Assembly: GCA_964473525.1 (NCBI GenBank)
Contig: CAYYPK010000032.1
Coordinates: 353 to 64,352 of the forward strand
DNA length: 64,000 nucleotides
Origin: an uncultured bacterium
GTDB taxonomy: Bacteria > Poribacteria > WGA-4E > GCA-2687025
Reading direction: 5' to 3'
Shown here: piece by piece, positions 58,671-64,000 of the stretch
How positions within the stretch are numbered: position 1 is the stretch's first letter
How the letters are laid out: each line of letters begins with the position of its first letter
Notes under the pieces: model-generated
What the model was told of the DNA's origin: nothing
The model's database searches: none
Seen by the model: the letters and a program-made list of their open reading frames with translations, nothing else
Made by a program: the position numbers and the translations under genes

Positions 58671-58709
58671 AAAAAAACTCTTGACAGGCGTATTGGAATG
58701 GCCGAGAAT
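58671..58709 (+). promoter_or_regulatory. Sigma70 promoter with A-tract UP element (A7-CTC-TTGACA-N17-GAGAAT)
   Basis: Perfect -35, 17-nt spacer, 4/6 -10 and an upstream A7 run. Confidence 0.7.
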
Positions 58710-58715
58710 GGGGTC

Positions 58716-59000
58716 AGAGGTTTAGCGAGTTCACTACTGAACTACTCGCCCCCTATCTTGCGAATTATCGACGACGTGGTAACGGATTCGCCTGTGGCCC
58801 CTTGGTGTGGGTAACGGGGCCGCTGGCAAACGAGCGTGGAGCCACCAATCTGCTACTTGGTGACTTCACGGTACGCATGTTTCTCCACGATCCCCGTGGG
58901 TGAAGACAGCGCGGGGGTTGTATGCGTACCTCTTCTCCGGGCCTGTTTTCTTCTTAGCCGTGAATGGGCGGCCGCCGTTTGGGTGGTCGCCCGTTTTTTG
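58716..59000 (+). ncRNA. Candidate stand-alone structured non-coding RNA of unknown family
   Basis: Lies between a promoter and an intrinsic terminator; four internal hairpins with G-U pairs; no credible ORF and no downstream co-oriented gene. Confidence 0.6.
58963..58999 (+). terminator. Intrinsic (Rho-independent) terminator
   Basis: GGGCGGCCGCC-GTTTG-GGTGGTCGCCC 11-bp stem followed by GTTTTTT. Confidence 0.85.
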
Positions 59001-59410
59001 TGCCTCCTTCGCCCTGATCCCAGGCGAACGCTGCGGCGTGGCTTGTGCGAAGCACGCCGCCGCGCGACCGTGCCTTGCCGGCGGCTGAGTCGGTGCACGC
59101 GTAGCGCCTGAGTTGCCGCGGGCGATCCCCGCGAGCCGTCGGAACGTCGTCTATTGGACCACGACGACCCCGCGTTTGTCAGTTGGGCCGTACCTCATCG
59201 ACGTGCAGCACGGCTTAGAGAGGGGCGGCCGCTCGGGGCTCGCTGGGCAGGAGCGTTACGCGCTGTCTTGCGCTGGCCTCAGCGCGTCGGCCAAGGCAGG
59301 TAGGATGGCCCGCTCGCCGCGAAGTTATAGGGCACAAGGCCAGTGGCGCGATTGCGCCGCGCGCCTCGGGCGCCGCTGTCGGATACGACCGCGTGCAGAT
59401 CCGGCTTGGG

Positions 59411-60880
59411 CTAGGTCGTCACCGAGTAATTCGGCGCTTCCTCCGTGATGACGACATCGTGCGGATGGCTTTCGCGGACGCCCGCGCTCGTGATCTGCAC
59501 GAACTGCGCGGTCTCACGCATGTCCGCGACGGAACCAGCGCCACAGTAGCCCATTGCGCTACGCAAGCCACCGACCAGTTGATAGGTCAGGTCGGCGAGC
59601 TTGCCCTTGTAGGGGACGCGTCCCTCGATGCCCTCTGGCACGAGCTTGCGAAGCTCGACATCTCCCTGCAAATACCGCTCGCGACCCCCGCGCTCACGCA
59701 TCGCCGAGAGGGAACCCATGGCGCGGTACACCTTGAAGCTGCGACCCTGGTAGATAACGGTCTCGCCGGGCGACTCGTCGACGCCCGCGAACAATGAACC
59801 GACCATCACGGCGTTCGCTCCGGCGCCGATCGCCTTCGCGATGTCGCCGGAATATCGCACGCCACCGTCCGCGACGATCGGCACGCCCGCCGCGTTTGCC
59901 ACTTCCGCGCACTCCAGGATGGCCGTTATCTGCGGGACGCCTACGCCGGCTACTACGCGCGTCGTGCAGATGGACCCCGGCCCGATGCCGACCTTGACGG
60001 CGTCCGCCCCGGCGCTGATGAGGTCTCGCGTGGCCTCCGCCGTCGCCACGTTGCCCGCCATGATCTGGACGTCCGCATGGCGCGCCCGGATCTTCTCGAC
60101 CGCTTCGAGGACGGCCACCGAGTGGCCGTGCGCGGTGTCCACGGCGAGGACATCGACTTGCGCCTCGATCAGGCCGTCCACCTCGTCCATCGCCGCAGGC
60201 GCCGAGACCGCCGCGCCCACGCGCAGCCGCCCCTGGGAGTCCTTACACGCGTCGGGGTATTTGATGATCTTGTTGATGTCTTTGATCGTGATGAGACCGC
60301 GGAGCTGGCCTGCCCCATCGACGATCGGCAACTTCTCGATGCGATGCTCCTGGAGGAGCTGCGTCGCCTCGTCCAGCGTTATGCCCTCGCGCGCGGTCAC
60401 GAGACCCTCGTGCGTCATCAGCGAGCTGACCTCGAGGCTCTCGTCGGTGATGAACCGCAGGTCACGGTTCGTGACGATGCCGACGAGCCGGCCGTCATCC
60501 TGGATCACTGGGAACCCGCCGATGCGGTAGTGCTCCATCAGCGCCAGAGTTTCCTGCACGGTCTGGGTCGGCCGCAACGTGATGGGGTCAACGATCATCC
60601 CGCTCTCGGAGCGTTTGACGTTGTCCACCATGTGGATCTGGTCTTCGATGCCGCAATTGCGGTGGATGATCCCGATGCCGCCCTCGCGGGCAATGGCGAT
60701 GGCAAGGTTGGCGTCGGTGACGGTGTCCATCGCCGCGCTGATGATTGGGATGTTGAGCGTGATGCCGCGAGTAAGCTGGGCGCTGGTGTCTACGGCTGCC
60801 GGGTGGACATGAGACTTCTGCGGAACAAGGAGGACATCGTCGAACGTGAGGGCTACCGCGCCGACCTTGTCGCGGGTCAT
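59411..60880 (-). CDS. guaB: IMP dehydrogenase
   Basis: [11 protein letters not shown] pair, [19 protein letters not shown] and PEGIEG. Confidence 0.97.
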   Translation of the reverse strand: MTRDKVGAVALTFDDVLLVPQKSHVHPAAVDTSAQLTRGITLNIPIISAAMDTVTDANLAIAIAREGGIGIIHRNCGIEDQIHMVDNVKRSESGMIVDPITLRPTQTVQETLALMEHYRIGGFPVIQDDGRLVGIVTNRDLRFITDESLEVSSLMTHEGLVTAREGITLDEATQLLQEHRIEKLPIVDGAGQLRGLITIKDINKIIKYPDACKDSQGRLRVGAAVSAPAAMDEVDGLIEAQVDVLAVDTAHGHSVAVLEAVEKIRARHADVQIMAGNVATAEATRDLISAGADAVKVGIGPGSICTTRVVAGVGVPQITAILECAEVANAAGVPIVADGGVRYSGDIAKAIGAGANAVMVGSLFAGVDESPGETVIYQGRSFKVYRAMGSLSAMRERGGRERYLQGDVELRKLVPEGIEGRVPYKGKLADLTYQLVGGLRSAMGYCGAGSVADMRETAQFVQITSAGVRESHPHDVVITEEAPNYSVTT

Positions 60881-61090
60881 GCCTGGGCTCCTTCGGGAGT
60901 GAGCGGGGAGGAGGAGAAGGGCCGCCGGTTTGACAGCTTATAGTAGCGCCGGGGTGTCGGCCGGGCAAGATGGCCGCCCCGGCCGCGGTGCGGCGCCAGG
61001 CGCCGCCGGAACGCTGCGTCCGAGGCCGCCGCGCTGGCGCCCCGGATGCGTGTATAATCTGGCAGACCAACCGATCCATCGGAGGCTGGA

Positions 61091-61822
61091 GTGCGCGACT
61101 ACACGGAGTTCGGCGAGAGACTACTGGCCATCTGTCGCGGCTCCGTGCGGGTGGATGTCGTCGGCCGCGTCGACAGCCACCCCATATACAGGGCGACGGT
61201 CCATGCAGACACGCCCGGGCCGCCCGCGCTTGTCATGGCTGGCACGCACGGGGACGAGCCGGCCGGAGTGGAGGCCGCCCTCCAGTTCATCGAGAGCGCG
61301 TCAGCTTCCCCCTCGCCCTTCCGCGTCGTCGTGCTGCCGTGCACTAACCCACAGGGATACGTGGGCGAGACCCGGGGGAACGAGGCTGGCGTGGATCTCA
61401 ACTGGGTATACGACAGGCTGGATCTACCGGAGATACGGGCGATACGTGACGTTGTGGCGGGCGTGCGGTACCGGTTCGTCGTGGATCTGCACGAGGACTG
61501 GGAGAGCCCCGGGTACTACGTCTACGAGCTGCGCCGCAACGCGCCGTACATCGGCGACGGAGTATCCAACCGCGTGGCGCGAGTCTGTCCCATCAACCCA
61601 GCGCCCATAATCGAAGGCGACCGCGCGGTCGCGGGAGTGATCCATCCGACCCCCTACACCGCCAGGCGGGCGAGCCGTGGCCATGGTGTGCCCGTCGCGC
61701 TGTATGAGCGCCATACGGATCATCTTCTAACCCTGGAGTCCCCGACTCCGGCGCCGCTACAGACTCGCGTCGACGGCCACCTGGCCGCGCTGGCCGCCGT
61801 TGCGGCTGAATACGGCGCGTAG
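61091..61822 (+). CDS. M14-family / succinylglutamate desuccinylase-like zinc hydrolase
   Basis: AGTHGDEPAG, DLN, VDLHED and TLESP; GGAGG RBS. Confidence 0.85.
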   Translation: MRDYTEFGERLLAICRGSVRVDVVGRVDSHPIYRATVHADTPGPPALVMAGTHGDEPAGVEAALQFIESASASPSPFRVVVLPCTNPQGYVGETRGNEAGVDLNWVYDRLDLPEIRAIRDVVAGVRYRFVVDLHEDWESPGYYVYELRRNAPYIGDGVSNRVARVCPINPAPIIEGDRAVAGVIHPTPYTARRASRGHGVPVALYERHTDHLLTLESPTPAPLQTRVDGHLAALAAVAAEYGA

Positions 61823-61840
61823 CGTACCCGGCCTCGCTGG

Positions 61841-63601
61841 CTACTCGCTGACCTGCTCGGAGGGGTCGCCGGACGGGGTGGCCCCATCGCCGATGAGCGC
61901 GCGCACATGCCGCTCGATGTCACCCGCGTCCTCAGACCTGTGGCCCACGTGCCGGTAACGTACGACCCCATCCCGGTCGACGAGCGCCACGGTAGGCACG
62001 GAAGCCACCGCGTACGCGCGCGCTATCTCTGGCGCGCCCATCACCGTTGCGCTGGCGATGTTCGCCGTCGCGTAGAGCGTCTCTCGTCCCTGAACGTCGG
62101 GCGGGGCTACGTTGACCGCGATGACGCTGAACTGGCACCCGAGACGCTGACGGAGATCCTCCAGGTATGCCAGCTGGGCCCGACAGGCGGCGTTATCCGA
62201 GCGCCAGAATGCGACGACTATCGGCGCGCCAGCGTAGTCGTCGAGTGTGACGGCCCCCAGAGCTCCGGTTCCTTCGATCGGGGCTGCGGGTTCGCCCACC
62301 TGCGACATCCCCGGGTCCAGGGCGCTCAGGAGCACCGTGGCGGCCGCTGGATCGCCCTGCTGCTCGTAGATGCTCGCCAAGCGGGCGATGGCGTAGCGAG
62401 GGATGCTGTCGGTCGCCGGCATCCCGGGAGGTAACTGGCGCAGCACGCGCTCCAACGCCTCCCGTGACGCCGGTAGATCCTCCGCCAGATACGCTACCGA
62501 TCCCAGAGCGTAGTTGTGGACGAGGCTCTCGGCGCGGAAGTGCGATTGCAGGAGAGCGTAAACGCGGCGTAGGTCGTCGTGTCGGCCGTCTCGGGCATAT
62601 TGGCGCGCCAACGTCAGCGTGACGTCTACCGTATCCGGCTGGAGCTTCAGACCCTCCTCGAGCGCCTGCGTGCTCTCCACGATATCGCCCGCCTGCCCGT
62701 GCAGTACGCCGAGGGCGAACCGCGCCTCGGCGTCGTTGGGCGTCAACTTCACTGCCTCGGCGTAGCGCGCGATCGCCTCGTCCCGGAGGTCCGCATGCGC
62801 GTAGTACGCTCCCGCAAGCTTCTGGTACGCTCCCATCGTCGCGTACGATTCGTGGGTCGCCGCCTCCTCCAGGGCCTTCCTCAGCTCCACGAGCTGGGGC
62901 GCGTCGAGGAGCTTCATCGTCCCGAACGGGTACGCGGACAGGGCGCGCCCGTCGGCGTCCCGCAATGCCGCCCGCATGTCGGCGTAGAGTTGGTCGATGA
63001 GCCGGCGGTCGTCCCGCCACTCCGGCCGACCGGCGTACACGCGCATGTCGGCCCCGATGGACAGCGTTGTCTCACCTGTTGCGTCCTCCGCGCCCGTGTA
63101 CGCGGCGAGCGGCACATCGACGTGATGGAGGCACCGCACGATTGGCACGATCCCGCCGTACTGTCGGATCTGGCTGCGTCGCGCTTCGTACTCGGATGGC
63201 GACAGCTCGTAGAGGTAGCTGGTCGCGAAGTCGGGGTCGCGAGCGTGCGTGGACAGAGGATCGCCGCCGGCGGTGTCCGCCGGGCAGATCAGCGTCGCGC
63301 GGTCAGGTAGGTGTGTCGGCGCGAGCGCCGACAGCCACACGGGGTACGCCCCGTCGTTTGCGGCCCGGAAGGCGCGGAGGGCGGCTGCGAGCTGGTGCAA
63401 CTGCGCCTGGCACGTCGCGGCGGCGTCCAGGTCGAAGGGGGTGGCGTCGCTTGGCTCCTCGGCCCAGTCGGGCTCGGAGGTGAACGTCCTGGAGGGCAGA
63501 GCGCCGGTCTGATCGACGCCGGCCGGCTGCGCGGCAGGCGCCGGTAGCACGCCCACGGCAACGAGAAACACGCTCAGTACGAGCGACTTGATCAACCGCA
63601 T
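61841..63601 (-). CDS. Secreted protein with pseudopilin-like domain, TPR repeats and TlpA-like thioredoxin domain (NxxC)
   Basis: Signal peptide; [18 protein letters not shown]; TPR helices; [12 protein letters not shown]...[11 protein letters not shown]. Confidence 0.8.
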   Translation of the reverse strand: MRLIKSLVLSVFLVAVGVLPAPAAQPAGVDQTGALPSRTFTSEPDWAEEPSDATPFDLDAAATCQAQLHQLAAALRAFRAANDGAYPVWLSALAPTHLPDRATLICPADTAGGDPLSTHARDPDFATSYLYELSPSEYEARRSQIRQYGGIVPIVRCLHHVDVPLAAYTGAEDATGETTLSIGADMRVYAGRPEWRDDRRLIDQLYADMRAALRDADGRALSAYPFGTMKLLDAPQLVELRKALEEAATHESYATMGAYQKLAGAYYAHADLRDEAIARYAEAVKLTPNDAEARFALGVLHGQAGDIVESTQALEEGLKLQPDTVDVTLTLARQYARDGRHDDLRRVYALLQSHFRAESLVHNYALGSVAYLAEDLPASREALERVLRQLPPGMPATDSIPRYAIARLASIYEQQGDPAAATVLLSALDPGMSQVGEPAAPIEGTGALGAVTLDDYAGAPIVVAFWRSDNAACRAQLAYLEDLRQRLGCQFSVIAVNVAPPDVQGRETLYATANIASATVMGAPEIARAYAVASVPTVALVDRDGVVRYRHVGHRSEDAGDIERHVRALIGDGATPSGDPSEQVSE

Positions 63602-63810
63602 CCCCTTCGCCGTCGTGCGCCATCCACGGTGGATGGCGGCGGGCGACCCCCGCGGCAGTAGCCGCGCTGACACTATGGTATGATCCTAACATAGCTCGGT
63701 GGGGCAGCGCCTCGGCCCACGAGGCCCGTCGTCCCATGGTCCGTATCCTGCGACGTTTGGCGACACCGGCGTCGGCGAGCGCGGCGTGCGGCACAGCACC
63801 GGAGTGGCAG

Positions 63811-64000
63811 TTGGACGGCAGCGCAGACATCGTAATAGTTGGCGGAGGGATCGTTGGCCTGGCCACCGCCATGGCAATCACCGCTGATGGCGCCCACACC
63901 GTCATCGTGCTTGAGGCGGAGCAGCGTCTCGCAGCCCACCAGACCGGCCGCAACAGCGGCGTTATCCACTCAGGTCTCTACTACCGCCCGGACTCCCTCA
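63811..64000 (+). CDS. lhgO: L-2-hydroxyglutarate oxidase (5' part, truncated by the window end)
   Basis: Manual translation ..[40 protein letters not shown]; GGAG RBS before TTG. Confidence 0.85.
   Translation, partial: MDGSADIVIVGGGIVGLATAMAITADGAHTVIVLEAEQRLAAHQTGRNSGVIHSGLYYRPDSL

Noticed and set aside
58710-58850. tmRNA-like fragments (GTAACGGATTCG and GCCACCA) in the candidate ncRNA
   Set aside because: No T-arm before CCACCA, no acceptor-stem pairing and no tag ORF. SRP (GGAA/AGCAG loop) and RNase P (GAGGAAAGUCC) signatures are also absent.
58836-59448. ORFs 58836-59111, 58853-59098, 58900-59088 and 59113-59448
   Set aside because: No RBS, Arg/Cys-rich noise-like composition, and some cross the terminator.

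Overview
High-GC bacterial chromosomal window with about 52 genes and no rRNA, tRNA, CRISPR array or transposase that I could recognise. The gene content suggests Candidatus Poribacteria or a similar lineage (inference): an expanded PhyH family, a LamG protein ending in a 'DPAGKTATTWANIK' motif, ECF sigma fusions, a sulfatase and a PorV-like protein. Housekeeping genes are mutS, a hemC-cobA/hemD-ccmEFH..ABCD operon, rho-rpmE-chr-prfA-prmC, pyrG, guaB and a partial lhgO. The most notable accessory elements are: (1) an orphan, highly structured ~285-nt candidate ncRNA with its own sigma70 promoter and intrinsic terminator (58716-59000); (2) three tandem Fe(II)/2OG enzymes with a halogenase-type HxG motif, close to a secreted sialate O-acetylesterase/haloalkane-dehalogenase fusion; (3) two ECF sigma factors fused to a bifunctional-nuclease domain and to ankyrin repeats; (4) a 3329-aa modular surface protein with a T9SS-like C-terminal domain, coupled to a PorV-like gene; (5) a restriction-modification cassette whose methyltransferase is split by a 1-nt frameshift. 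All calls come from reading motifs by eye; no searches were run.
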